A stretch of DNA of 64,000 nucleotides. It comes from Haliotis rubra. Its lineage: Eukaryota. Shown in pieces: positions 50,901 to 63,380 of the stretch. The notes beneath the pieces were generated by a model. That model saw nothing but the letters and a program-made list of their open reading frames with translations, did not search any database and was not told the DNA's origin. Every line of letters starts with the position of its first letter. Position 1 is the first letter of the stretch. Location of the stretch: contig NW_025767318.1 of assembly GCF_003918875.1 (NCBI RefSeq), positions 496,001 through 560,000 on the forward strand, given 5' to 3'. Made by a program: the position numbers and the translations under genes.

Positions 50901-51609
50901 ATTGCATGAATGGATGTACAATGAAATCCGAGACCTCTTTTCAAGGTTAAGATTGGTAAATATTGTGTTCTTCATATTTTTCATAAACGTAATTTTAACA
51001 AACCATACGTTCACGAAACTTGAAAATAAACATCCTAAAATATAATACTTTATTATTTGATAATGTTTGTTTCTTTCCTACTTTATTTTTTAAAGCCAAT
51101 TAAAGCCAAGAAATTTTCCAGCTTCATGACGGCTGTCTCTAAATAATGAAACCTGGAGAAGACAATCCAGTGACTGATATCATGAGCATCGGATACGATG
51201 ACGTGTCAACCAAGTCAGCGAGCCTGAACCCCCGATCTCGTTAATTACCTCTTACGACAAGCACGGGTTACTGAAGACCAGTTCCAACCCGTATCTTCAC
51301 AGTTATTACATCTGACCCGTGAAGATAAGTTATAAATATTCTCAGCAGGTTCTGGTTGATATGACGGATTGTAGTTTCTGGTTTGTGACTATACCAAACA
51401 CAAAAACGAACACCAAACACCATACTATCAGAACATTAACTGTGATTAACTCATTCCGTGTGACATGACGGAACGGACCAGTGGTAAGTTTGGAAGAGTT
51501 ATTTCCCATGATGAACGATTTGCATGATTCGCGTCAGCTGTTGCAGAAGAATTATTTTAAGAACGCTTCATCCACTGTTGCCCTGACTATATCGATATGT
51601 TGTTTAGCT

Positions 51610-52019
51610 ATACTTCCTTTCAAAAGTTTAGACTCACTTAAAACACTCACTATATGTTATGTATATATATATGGTTACATCGAACATGGATTTCTCCACT
51701 AACTTGGGGGAACAAACTGCAAACCTTATGGAAATGAATTGCACGAGGATCATGCATGAAATAGCTGAAAAGCATGTGCAGATATCGTGCATGTGGACAG
51801 TTTTGTAAGAGATTCGCCAATTTTCACTTATTTTTATCATTTATTGGACTCATGACAACATTTTTCAATGTTACGAATTTGTTTTACAATACATCAGTTC
51901 ATGTGTAAACAGTACCTTTAAACAATATGGACTAGTTTGCACAATTTATTTTAGATCAGTTGCCTGTAGTAAGTGGCTATATTTACACTAGTGAGTCTAA
52001 ACTTTTGAAAAGAAGTATA
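51610..52019. mobile_element. Tc1/mariner-type MITE
   Basis: TIRs tatacttcctttcaaaagtttagactcact / agtgagtctaaacttttgaaaagaagtata with TA ends. Confidence 0.8.
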
Positions 52020-52329
52020 TGTACAATTAATTACCTAACAAATGTGCACCATTACCCATTAGGATTTCAGGTGAAAATATAGATCCCGTTCAATCCACGC
52101 TTATGGTGACAGATTTAGATACAGGAAAACTAGGTCCCTTAGTCTGCTGCGAAGCACAGTGTTTGACGGCAAATCGTAGTCTAGTTTTCCTCCTGTTAGG
52201 CCTAAAATATATTGGAACATTGATCGAGATCAGAAAACTTAGTCATGTTTGTCTTGGACCGGCAAATTTATTCGTGTCTACTTTCATATTAATGAGTGAG
52301 TTGGGTTCAAGTTCTCTGTAATCCAATTA

Positions 52330-53115
52330 TATACTCCCAATCAAAAGTTTAGACTCACTAGTGTAAATGTAGCCACTTACTTCATTCAACTGTCCTGAAC
52401 TAGATTTTGTAAAATAATGCATACAGTTTAAAGGTACTGTTTACACATGAACTGATGTATTGTAAAACAAATTCGTGACGTTGAAATGTGTTCAATAAAT
52501 GATGAAACTCGGTGAAAAATGGCGATTTTTTTATCAAAACATTACACCAAACACGCAGCTGTTCACATGCGCGATATTTGCACATGCTTTTCAGCAATTT
52601 GATGCATGATCCTCGTGCAATTAATCTGCTTAAGGTTTGCAGTTGGTTCCCCCAAGTTAGTTGAGAAATTCATCTTCGTTGTAACCATATGTACATACAT
52701 AACAATAATTGATATAAGCGAGTCTAAACTTTTGATGGGTAGTGAGGTGAGGTGAGGTGAAATTGGGTTTAACGTTGTGCTTGAGAATATTTCGCTCATA
52801 TGACGACGTGCATGCGTGTGTATGTGTATGTGCGGCTGCTTGTACTAGCCCAGACTGAAGCTGGTTTTATAGTGCTAGCCCACTGAGATACCATGCCGCA
52901 GTGAAGCATGAATACCCCACTCAGACACAGTATACTGACTCCGAGCCGACCACTCCTTGTTATACCCATTAATGCCGAGCGCCAGGCAGGGACCAACAAG
53001 TACCATGTTTTAACGTCTGTTGGTATGACGCGGCTGGGGATCGAACCCGCGACCTTCGGCTCTCTGGGCGGACGCTCTAACCACTACACCACGGAGGCGG
53101 TCCTTGATGGGTAGT
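52330..53115. mobile_element. Second, inverted copy of the same MITE with a SINE-C (52743-53102, minus) inserted in its TIR
   Basis: The body is the reverse complement of 51610-52019; SINE TSD ttgatgggtagt. Confidence 0.8.
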
Positions 53116-53744
53116 AGATATGATGGCGTGTAAGCTGATTTGGGAGGAAAGCACGAAGTGTAGAGTAACGCTGAGTCTCTGAATACATATAATTTTGATA
53201 GTAACAAACATACCCATTTATATTGAATAGGAGCCCCAGTGAGATTCAGAACCTGAACCTGGGAAATCTAGACTTGCTTCATTTAGGGTTTTAGCATTGC
53301 AGAGAGGGCTAGGCAGTAGGGGAAATATTGTGGTTCAGGGACTGTGAGAAACACTACCCGAAGTGATGCAGGTCTGTGACGTGTTCCACTTTGGTTGAAA
53401 CCCATGAACAAGGGTTTTGGTAAGCCAAGCTTCAAACCATATGTCGAGTTGCAGTTTGGTTCTCTCAGCTCCATATCACGTACTCTCAGCTCCACACAGC
53501 GACAGACGGTGCCCCAGATGATTGGAGCGCCGGGTCCGCCTTACTTAAGAAGTCAGATCGTGCAAGTGAATTGTCTTTCTATCATTATGGCGTAAACCTT
53601 CATCTAATCCAACCTGAACACCTGTTCCATATTATAGATATATCAATGCATGTGTGTTATGCTTCAAGACCAGTCGCAACATCTCAAGGCAATTTATTCC
53701 TCGTATAAGGATAGATTTATTCTACTTTAATATTTATCGATATA

Positions 53745-53760
53745 GGTTTCCATGGAAACC
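53745..53760. promoter_or_regulatory. Perfect palindromic X-box (RFX-type) motif
   Basis: GGTTTCCATGGAAACC fits the GTTNCCATGGNAAC consensus. Confidence 0.4.
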
Positions 53761-54286
53761 GCGTACTAATATATATACAAGAATTGTTCAATCGGGGTTT
53801 GACCAGCGCTACATTCACCGGCACAAACGTCTCTCCAGGGATCGGTGTTTAAAGAACAGCTGATCTCGGGGCAGCCAGCCTGTATAGCGGCAAGCCGTGC
53901 TCCATCGTATGTCGAGTTGTAGCGCTGGGATTCTGTTGACCAAAAACTGACAAATCTAAAGTTTCTTTTACGCAATGCTTACTAATTTGTTTTTTTGCTG
54001 GTGGCAAGAAAGTTCTTCAAACGAAAGTTTACATCTTAAAGGACGGGTATCAAATTGGTGTGGCCTCGAATTGAATGTACAAAAGGTCATGGACACCTTC
54101 TTAAATGTCCGCAGGTGTTTTGTCTTGTGGCTTTTCAACGAAGTACTGTTTGGAAGAGACGCGCTAACAGTGGAGATGGGAACAACGTCTCATTACTCAC
54201 ATTGCAGCCACACAATCCCAAATTCTGCCCTCACACACACCACAAGACGCTACCTGTGACAACCTCGTTGCTCTATGGCTGAAATA

Positions 54287-54556
54287 GTGAGTGAGTGAAT
54301 GAGTTTAGTTTTACGCCGCACTCAGCAATATTCCAGCTATATGGCGGAGGTCTGTAAATAATCGAGTCTGGACCAGACAATCCAGTGATCAACAGCATGA
54401 GCATCGATCTGCGCATTGGGAACCGATGACATGTGTCAACCAAGTCAGCGAGCCTGACCACCCGATCCCGTTAGTCGCCTCTTACGACAAGCATAGTCGC
54501 CTTTGTGGCAAGCATGGGTTGCTGAAGTCCTATTCTACCCCGGATCTTCACGGGTC
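54287..54556 (-). mobile_element. Retroposon B, full length, variant with a duplicated stem-loop
   Basis: TSD tctatggctgaaata. Confidence 0.9.
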
Positions 54557-55067
54557 TATGGCTGAAATAACGCCAATGCGACGTTCTGTTCAACTCATTC
54601 ACTAGCACTGTCCGGACGAAGACACATACATACAACCATGTATATATGTACTTATATGTACATGTGTGTAAATGTACTTATCTTGAACGCGAACCCTTGT
54701 CGCCTCATCTCAACCGATTCCAACTACAATTACAACTGACAAATATATTACAAGTTCTACTACATGTACTATACTGGCCACATAAAGAAACTGTGCACAC
54801 AGAAAATATAAATATAGGCACACAGCGTATTTATACATAAATACATTTGTGAACATAGCAAGTATTGGAGACAATCAAACGCTCATGCACGTGCCAGGCG
54901 ACGTGACGTCATTGACGGTGGCCTAAGGCCTTGCAATGTGTTACTGCACGTGCAGCCCGTACAGATGCACACAGCATGTGAAACTCTGAAATTGCTGTCA
55001 CTGTCGAAAGCTTGATCTTTGGTCATTCAAACGTTCACCAATTCACATGAGAAGTCACATGCACATC

Positions 55068-55340
55068 ATGCCAAGATTAACATCTGCTCAACGTCATGAA
55101 GCCATTGGAATGGTTCGAGCAGGAATGAGCCAACAACAGGTGGCAGCACATTTCCAATGCCATCGTAACACGATATCTGCATGGGTCAGGCGTTATGGAA
55201 GCAGTAATGACGTCGCCAAACACCCACGTTCTGGGCGTTCCCGACGTAACGACGCCAAGACAGGACAGATGGATTCGGGTGACTCATCTCAGATACAGGT
55301 TCCAGACAGCAGTGACTCACGCCCCAGACCATTCCCCAGT
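55068..55340 (+). pseudogene. Tc1 transposase N-terminal HTH relic
   Basis: MPRLTSAQRHEAIGMVRAGMSQQQVAAHFQCHRNTIS..PRSGR, frameshift, then VTTPRQDRWIRVTHLRYRFQTA. Confidence 0.85.
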
Positions 55341-55860
55341 CCTTCAATGCTCATTTGCTAGCCTCTATGCGTCTTCGACGCACTGCTGTGCTTCACGCAC
55401 ACGGTGGTCATACCCGTTATTGACTTTGTGACTTCGTCGTGTGACCTCCTACTCGATTTTGAACTTCTGACGTCATCGTTACGGATATTTCATGTTCTTT
55501 TGACATTTTCTTGTGGTCAGATACTTCAGCTTATAACGTGTCTACATCATTTCGTCTTTGCTGTGTTGTATTCCAATTATGAAGGCATTTTCTGTGTGCA
55601 CAGTTTCTTTATGTGGCTAGTATATTATGCAGAGTGTTCGCCTTGGGGGATGCAAAGAGTCTCGATCCTGGTTTGCCAACACCATACCCTTGCATTACTA
55701 CCCCAATATCTTTCTTACAAGCAGTGATATAACTGAAAACGCGCTGAAAGCTGCGTCAAACTCAACTCGCCCATTCCTTCGACAAGGGCTACGACAACCG
55801 TTGCCACCTGCCTACATCTGCTGCAATTTGTACCACTACTAACAGACATTCACCGTAGTA

Positions 55861-56025
55861 GGGAGCGCTGGGGTAGCCTGGTGGTTAAAGTGTCCGCTCG
55901 TCACGTCAAAGTCCTGGCTTCGATTCCCCTCATGGGTACAATGCGTGAAGCCCATTTCTGGTGTCCCCCGTTGTGATATTGCTGGAATATTGCTAAAAGC
56001 GGCGTAAAACCACTCACTCACTCAC
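55861..56025 (+). mobile_element. SINE-A
   Basis: tRNA-like head and CACT tail; near-perfect TSD cacc(g/a)tagtagg. Confidence 0.85.
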
Positions 56026-57429
56026 CATAGTAGGAAACATACATCAGTGGCAGCATTCCCACCTTACACTGAACCAACGTGATACGTTCAATATCGATTA
56101 ACACTAAATCAATCACTACCCATATAATATCTACCACTATCCTCGCGTAGACCGATGCTCATGCTGTTGATCACCGGAAAGTGTGGTTCAGAACCGATTA
56201 TTTACATTCCGCCTCAATATAGCTGGAATATAGCTGATTACTGTGTAAAACAACAAACTACTATCCTACTTCTTTTTCTAATATTACGACCTCCACATCT
56301 GTTGTTTGTGCCTGCTGTGCCGAGTTGCGTCCCTTGGGCGTGCCAGGACCCTATTCTCATGGGATCCAGCTCGTACATTTCAAATAACAGGAAAGTCCTG
56401 TGTCACTTCAATCTGTCCCCCTGCTTTAACCTGCCATGCTGCGGGATGACTGACATAATGTTCAAAGCAGCGTTAACACAAACTCACTCACTCACTGTCC
56501 TGCCGCTGATGCAGTTGCTGCTCAGCCATTACCGGAAGCAGTGGGGTGGCTGTAAAATGCTACTGACCGCCATCCATATTGTTCCCGCTCTGACGCACGC
56601 TCTACAATTAGCGCTCCCAACAGGGTCACGGACATAGCTCATTACACCGCTTCGCTTGATTATAGCTTCTTCTCAATAGAATTCCAGCTCGGTAGCCATT
56701 TGTTTGTTCCACGCCCTGTCACATAAGTCTTTCAGGAAATCTTTAATGTGAATACATGGAATGTGTAGACGTCAGAGCTGGGAGAGGTCATTGATCGACA
56801 TCTAAAACATAAGTACACCTTTGCTAGGGTACATTTATCTTCAATAGCCATTGCAACACATAAATAGTGCTCTCCTTTGCTTTTCACAGAACACTTGTTT
56901 CATGGGAATCGCAATCGGTATTGGTGAGCATTGCTTTAAAAAAAAACACCTTATGCAGATGAGCCGTTTAACCGAAAACAGAGTGTGTGGTGAAAATTTA
57001 AAACGAACCCATCTGAAAATATGTAGATATGTTTTTATTAAACAGTATGAACGATAAACCAGCATTAGACACTGCCAAAATGAAAACTTATTCAAATAAC
57101 TGGTGATAATAATTAAGAAATCGGATTAATTCTTTTTATTTTCCACCACCTCCCGAAATTGTCACAGATATAATCTGTGATCCCTGATATAAAAAAATCC
57201 AGTATTTGACAACGACGAATGTTCTGATGACATTACATTTCGCCGAATATTAACTTGCATTTCTTCATTTCACAACAGCTACCAGCTACCTCCATCCGGC
57301 CCAAAGTCCTCCCTGAACATCCGGGGCTAGAACTGACCTTCAGCAATCCGTTCTTGTGAGCGGCAACATAAACAGATCGTGTGTTCAGACTTGGCTGTTT
57401 ACAAATAATCACCAACGACCTGGAATAAT

Positions 57430-57985
57430 ATTTTAACGCCGCACTCAGCAATATTCCAGCTATATTGCAGTGGTTTGTAAATAATCGAATCTGGGACAGA
57501 CAATCCAGTTATGAGGGATGGCCTAAAAGTCGGGCCGGGCCGGCCCACCGGGTAATACTAAAAATGGATTGCAGAATATTAAAACGAAATCTACACAATT
57601 GGGTAGATACACTTCCTGCCTTCACAAATGCATAGTTTGATTGTAAATGAAAAAACACACAACAACAATGACTACATACAGAGATTCCCGTAGAAAAGAC
57701 ACCGTCTTGCTGTTATGTGTTTTCCTTGATATGTCTTTGTGGGAAGGTTGCTTTCTTCTCTTAGCGTTATGAACAGCATGAGCATCCATCAACCCAACTA
57801 TAACATGTGTCTACCAAGTCAGCGAGCCTGACCACCTGATCCCGTCAGTCGCCTCTTACGACAAGAATGGGTTACTGAAGACCAAGGTGCCGTCGTACAA
57901 AGCAACCTTTCGCTAAGGCTACCTTAAGTCACCTTTGCGCTAAGATCGTTTTGTACAACGACACCCAACTCTATTCCCGATCTTC
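57430..57985 (-). mobile_element. Retroposon B split by two nested insertions
   Basis: The consensus resumes after an insert at about 57514-57765 and after a hairpin insert at about 57885-57967. Confidence 0.7.
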
Positions 57986-58579
57986 GGGAACATTACTTTG
58001 TGATTGAGGCGTTGAAACAGTCGCCCTCCATAAGGTCACAAGATAAGGTCCAATGCCCTAAATGACATAACATAAGTTGTCCGGTTAAAGAAAGTACAAA
58101 CATATGTCTGATGGAGGTGAAAACTGACACATACAAGTCGATGATGATGTGTTTTCGAAATTCAATTTGCATTAATTCGCCGGCTGTTTACAGCCCAGTA
58201 ACGTCCATTTCTTGTCAAATCTAATTTTAAATTTTATACCTCTTTTGTCCGACAGTTTATTTTAAGATCCCCTATTCGTAAACGACATGCTGTGACGTAT
58301 GTATATGGCAAAGGGAAGACACACCCGTCGTCATTGGTCTCGAATTTGAAATGCTAATGAACAATATGCATGAGTCCTGAACGCTGTCAAGTCGTTATTT
58401 CCTTTTTTAACGGATGATTTAAGGCTATTGGTATTTTGGGAGCTAATGTTTTGGTTTCTTTTGTTGTCCTTTTGGGTTTTTTTCGAAATGTATTTACATA
58501 TTTATGAACTAGTACAGTAGATCTCCTTGAAAATATCGTGACATTTGTGTTACATCGCCTGCAGGCACAACAGCTGCAT

Positions 58580-60090
58580 CTATGTCACACGTGTAACCAG
58601 GGAGATCAGCTACATGTACGTCAGACGTGTAACCATACACGTCAGCTACATGTACGTCACACGTGTAACCATACACATCAGCTACATGTACGTCACACGT
58701 GTATACAGACACATCAGCTACATGTACATCACACGTGTATACAGGCACATCAGCTACATGTACATTACTCGTGTATACAGACACATCAGCTACATGTACA
58801 TCACACGTGTATACAGGCACATCAGCTACATGTACATTACTCGTGTATACAGACACATCAGCTACATGTACATCACACGTGTATACAGGCACATCAGTCA
58901 CACGTACGTCACACGTGTATACAGGCACATCAGCAACATGTACGTCACACGTGTATACAGACATATCAGCTACATGTACATCACACGTGTATACAGGCAC
59001 ATCAGCTACATGTACATTACACGTGTATGGAGACACATCAGCTACATGTACATCACACGTGTATACAGACACATCAGCTACATGTACATCACACGTGTAT
59101 GTCAGCTACATGTATCACACGTGACACATCAGCTACAGACACATCAGTCACACGTGTATACAGACACATCAGCTACATGTACATCACACGTGTATACAGA
59201 CACATCAGCTACATGTACATCACACGTGTATACAGACACATCAGCTACATGTACATCACACGTGTATACAGACACATCAGCTACATGTACATCACACGTG
59301 TATACAGACACATCAGCTACATGTACGTCACACGTGTATACAGACACATCAGCTACAAGTACATCACACGTGTATACAGACACATCAGCAACATGTACGT
59401 CACACGTGTATACAGACACATCAGCTACATGTACATCACACGTATATACAGACACATCAGCAACATGTACGTCACACGTGTATACAGACACATCAGCTAC
59501 ATGTACATCACACGTGTATACAGACACATCAGCTACATGTACGTCACACGTGTATACAGACACATCAGCTACATGTACGTCACACGTGTATACAGACACG
59601 TCAGCTACATGTACGTCACACGTGTATACAGACACATCAGCTACATGTACGTCACATGTGTATACAGGTACATCAGCAACATGTACGTCACACGTGTATA
59701 CAGACACATCAGCTACATGTACATCACACGTGTATACAGACACATCAACTACATGTACGTCACACGTGTATACAGACACATCAGCTACATGTGCGTCACA
59801 CGTGTATACAGACACATCAGCTACATGTACGTCACACGTGTATACAGACACATCAGCTACATGTACGTCACACGTGTATACAGACACATCAGCTACATGT
59901 ACATCACACGTGTATACAGACACATCAGCTACATGTACATCACGCGTGTATACAGACACATCAGCTACATGTACATCACACGTGTAACCACACACATTAC
60001 CTACATGTACAACACACGTGTAACATACACATCAGCTACATGTACAACACACGTGTAACATGCACATCAGCTACATGTACAACACATGTC
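58580..60090. repeat. 36-bp minisatellite built from short palindromes
   Basis: (cacacgtgtatacagacacatcagctacatgtac[a/g]t)n, about 40 units; accounts for the long repetitive ORFs. Confidence 0.95.
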
Positions 60091-61182
60091 CACTGAATCC
60101 TAGCTCCCGTTCAATTCCCCTGTATTGTCCACATATCATTTATTGGTATTGTTCAGGTAAGACCATGACGGGAATCGAACTACCCACCTTCCACTGTCTG
60201 GGCATTGTATCCACTACACCACAGAGGTGGTGACATGATATGAACATACAAAATGGATGGTACACATATTTATTACATTCGGTATTGGCATGGGATTTAT
60301 TTTGCTATTGATATTTGTACATATCGTGAAGCGAACTATTGCAAATACACAACCATTTGAATAGACTGGAAAAAAAACTTCTATTGATCCTTATGTACTT
60401 CAAATGATATTGACGCCGGTTCTTTGGAACTTTGTGTCGCTTTTCTCCGTCAAGATGGGTTATCGCACCATTAACATGACAATATGGACACGGAATGAAC
60501 TGCAATTTGATTAAATCATTATACAGCGGTCAATGAGCAAAGCTATGCAGGACTGTAACGTTCAATACGCCCATTGTGTCAGTGCAATGTAGAGCGCAGC
60601 TGTGCATTTCAACCACTCCAACACATTGTCCGTGTACTTCACACACAAATATCTGCCTGGCTGACGGAGTTATTATCATTACTTGTGTTTGCTGAAGGGT
60701 CCACAGTGCGCATTTACATACCTATGATGTTATTTGGGCTTGCTGTTCATTGTGTAAATGCATCGCTGATTACCAAATGAGCTTACATGCAATGTTGTAA
60801 TAGAATATTGCATGGGGTACATTATCATTGCCCTTTACAAATGTGTTCTGTAAACTGCATGTTTATATCTATGTATATTCTGGGCGCATGGAAATTACTG
60901 ATCTGCGTGTACTGAACTTAAATCGCTCAGGGAGATGATATTATGTATCTAAGGACATGGTGAACCAGTTTATAATGTAGTAACGTCATGTCCCTTTCAA
61001 AGTGATAATTGTATGAAACTCATATGCCTGACGTCAGGAGTTTCGGCATGGGCACGTGCAACGCGTTTGTGCATGTGCATCTCGATAAACTGCATGGAGC
61101 ACATGAATTGCAAAAACTGCTGCATAATTATTTAAGGTTTGATCGTTCAAATAATTGAATGGCTTAATAATAATGCTCACAG

Positions 61183-61705
61183 CATGCCACGACTCACGAC
61201 TGCACAACGTCATGAGGCTATTTATATAGTCCGGGGTGTCTTAGCGTCAGGTAGCTTCGCATTGCTCTTGCCACCGAAACACCATTATAGCTCTGATGTG
61301 ACGGGGTCAGGGCAATGCTGAAGTTGCCGATCGCCCACGTGCAATGCGCCAAGACAGGACAGGTGGACACGGGGGAACCATCTCCCGCACAGGTTCCAGA
61401 CTGCCATGACTTCTGCTCTGACCATTCCAGGACTTCGGCGTATCCACACTCAGGACCCGCTTACGTCATTACGAGGGAGTAAGTGAGTTTAGTTTTACGC
61501 TACTGTAAGCAATATTCCAGCAATAACACGGCGATGGACACCAGAAATGGGCTTCACACATTGTACCCATGTGGGCAATCGAACCCGGGTCTTCAGCGTG
61601 ACGAGCAAACGCTTTAACCACTAGGCTACCCCACCGCCCACGTCATTACGAGATACGAGAACGTCGTCCCGTAATACCTCCTACCCTGATGCAACGTCAT
61701 CGAGA
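61183..61705 (+). pseudogene. Second Tc1 transposase relic (same family as 55068) interrupted by a SINE-A (about 61476-61639, minus)
   Basis: MPRLTTAQRHEAI..., later IRERRPVIPPTLMQRHR; 13-bp TSD acgtcattacgag. Confidence 0.8.
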
Positions 61706-62209
61706 AAACGAGAAAGGTGGTAACGAAATTATGTTGTAAATAGATCTTACTACCTAAATGGTTACAAAGAAACTCAAGAATTCTATGCTCAACTGTGAAA
61801 ACCCGGATCGCTCCTGTGGCGACCCGGTTATAAAATGCATGTTCGGGGCAAGGATACTTTCATATTGGACCAATTCGGGCACATTTATGGATCGCATAAA
61901 AAGCATTTGTCCATTGCCTGTTTTGAGCAATCGCAGCTCCGATCAAGGAAAGTGTTTGAACGAATAGCAGCCAAATCGCACGTACGTTTAATGTACAGAA
62001 TAACAGAAATGACACATACATCGGTTCATTACAGGATTAACTCTTCGTCCTGATGTTATTGAGAATGTGGTCGTTCATTCCACATGATTTCCTCTAAGTC
62101 GCCGTGTCAGAGGGTTTCATCGTTAACCTTTGTGGGTTCAAATCCCACTGGCGACACACGACCTTCGGGAACCTGTATAAGAGAGGGGAAGGAGAAGTTG
62201 TCATTACTA

Positions 62210-62563
62210 AGTGAGGAGAGGTGAAATTGGGTTTTACGTCGTACTTGAGAATACTTCGCTCATATGACGACGTGCATGCGTGTGTATATGTGTGTGCAGC
62301 TGCTTGTACTAGCCCAGACTGAAGCTGGTTTTGTAGTGCTAGCTCACTGAGATACCATGCCGCAGTGAAGCAGAAATACCCCACTCAGACACATTATACT
62401 GACTCCGAGCCGACCAGTCCTTCTTGTACCCATTAATGCCAAGCGCCAGGCAGGGACCAACAAGTACCATATTTTAACGTCTTTTGGTATGACGCAGTCG
62501 GGGATCGAACCCGCGACCGTCCGCTCGGGCGGACGCTCTAACCACTACACCAAGGAGTCGGTC
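62210..62563 (-). mobile_element. SINE-C, full length
   Basis: Same body as 52743-53102. Confidence 0.88.
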
Positions 62564-63215
62564 CTTAACTAAGTAGTGTTTAACTGACAATTTAGCTGGT
62601 TATTCCACGGCAAAGACAAATGATGGAGGACATGTTCCAACGTCAATCAGTATCTAGGAAACGAGCAGAACCTACGCTATGCTTGCTTTTGCAGGGACAA
62701 CACAGATACTGGTGTATAGCCGGGCTCGATGGCGTATATCCCGTTCACAAGCACAATATATACTTCCGTCAGTAATTTGTACGTCTAATCATACATTCGT
62801 ATGTGTATGTAAATGTACTGTTTGTTCGCGTGAAAATTACCTGGGGTGTGTAAATAAAGTATATAAATGGTGCAAGGCACAATATTGAGTAGTCTGTTCA
62901 CAAATAAAAGTGAGAAGAGAGTTACCTTACACAAATTAAATATTGGCATGAACCACCATGTTTGATTTAATTTGTCCACAGTTTTTTGTCTCCTTGAAAC
63001 CCAAAGTAAACAGAATCCGCCCCTGTCTGGATACCCACATACAAGTTGGTGATGCTGTACACGGAACACCATCAACTTCAGAACTGGCGTCTATTTGTTT
63101 AGTTTTGAAAAAATCGACAGCTTATTAATAAGATCATCCCCTGGTTTTCGCATTAACGTGCACACAAGCAAGACCCTGCATCACACATGGTTCAAATTTG
63201 CTTCAGAAGTAAATT

Positions 63216-63380
63216 GGGACGGTGGGGTAGCCCTACTGGTTAAACCGGCCGCTCGTCACGCCGAAGACCCGGGTTCGATTCCCCACATGGGTACAGTGTG
63301 TGTAGCCCATTTCTGGTGTCCCCCGCCGTGACATTGCTGGAATACGGCTAAAAGCGGCGTAAAACCATACTCACTCACTC
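63216..63380 (+). mobile_element. SINE-A
   Basis: TSD ttcagaagtaa. Confidence 0.88.

Noticed and set aside
58509-60096. Long ORFs of 280-506 aa
   Set aside because: They result from a stop-free 36-bp minisatellite open in many frames on both strands.
62920-63090. Possible exon of a neighbouring gene
   Set aside because: Splice-like sites exist, but there is no recognisable peptide and no partner exons in the window.
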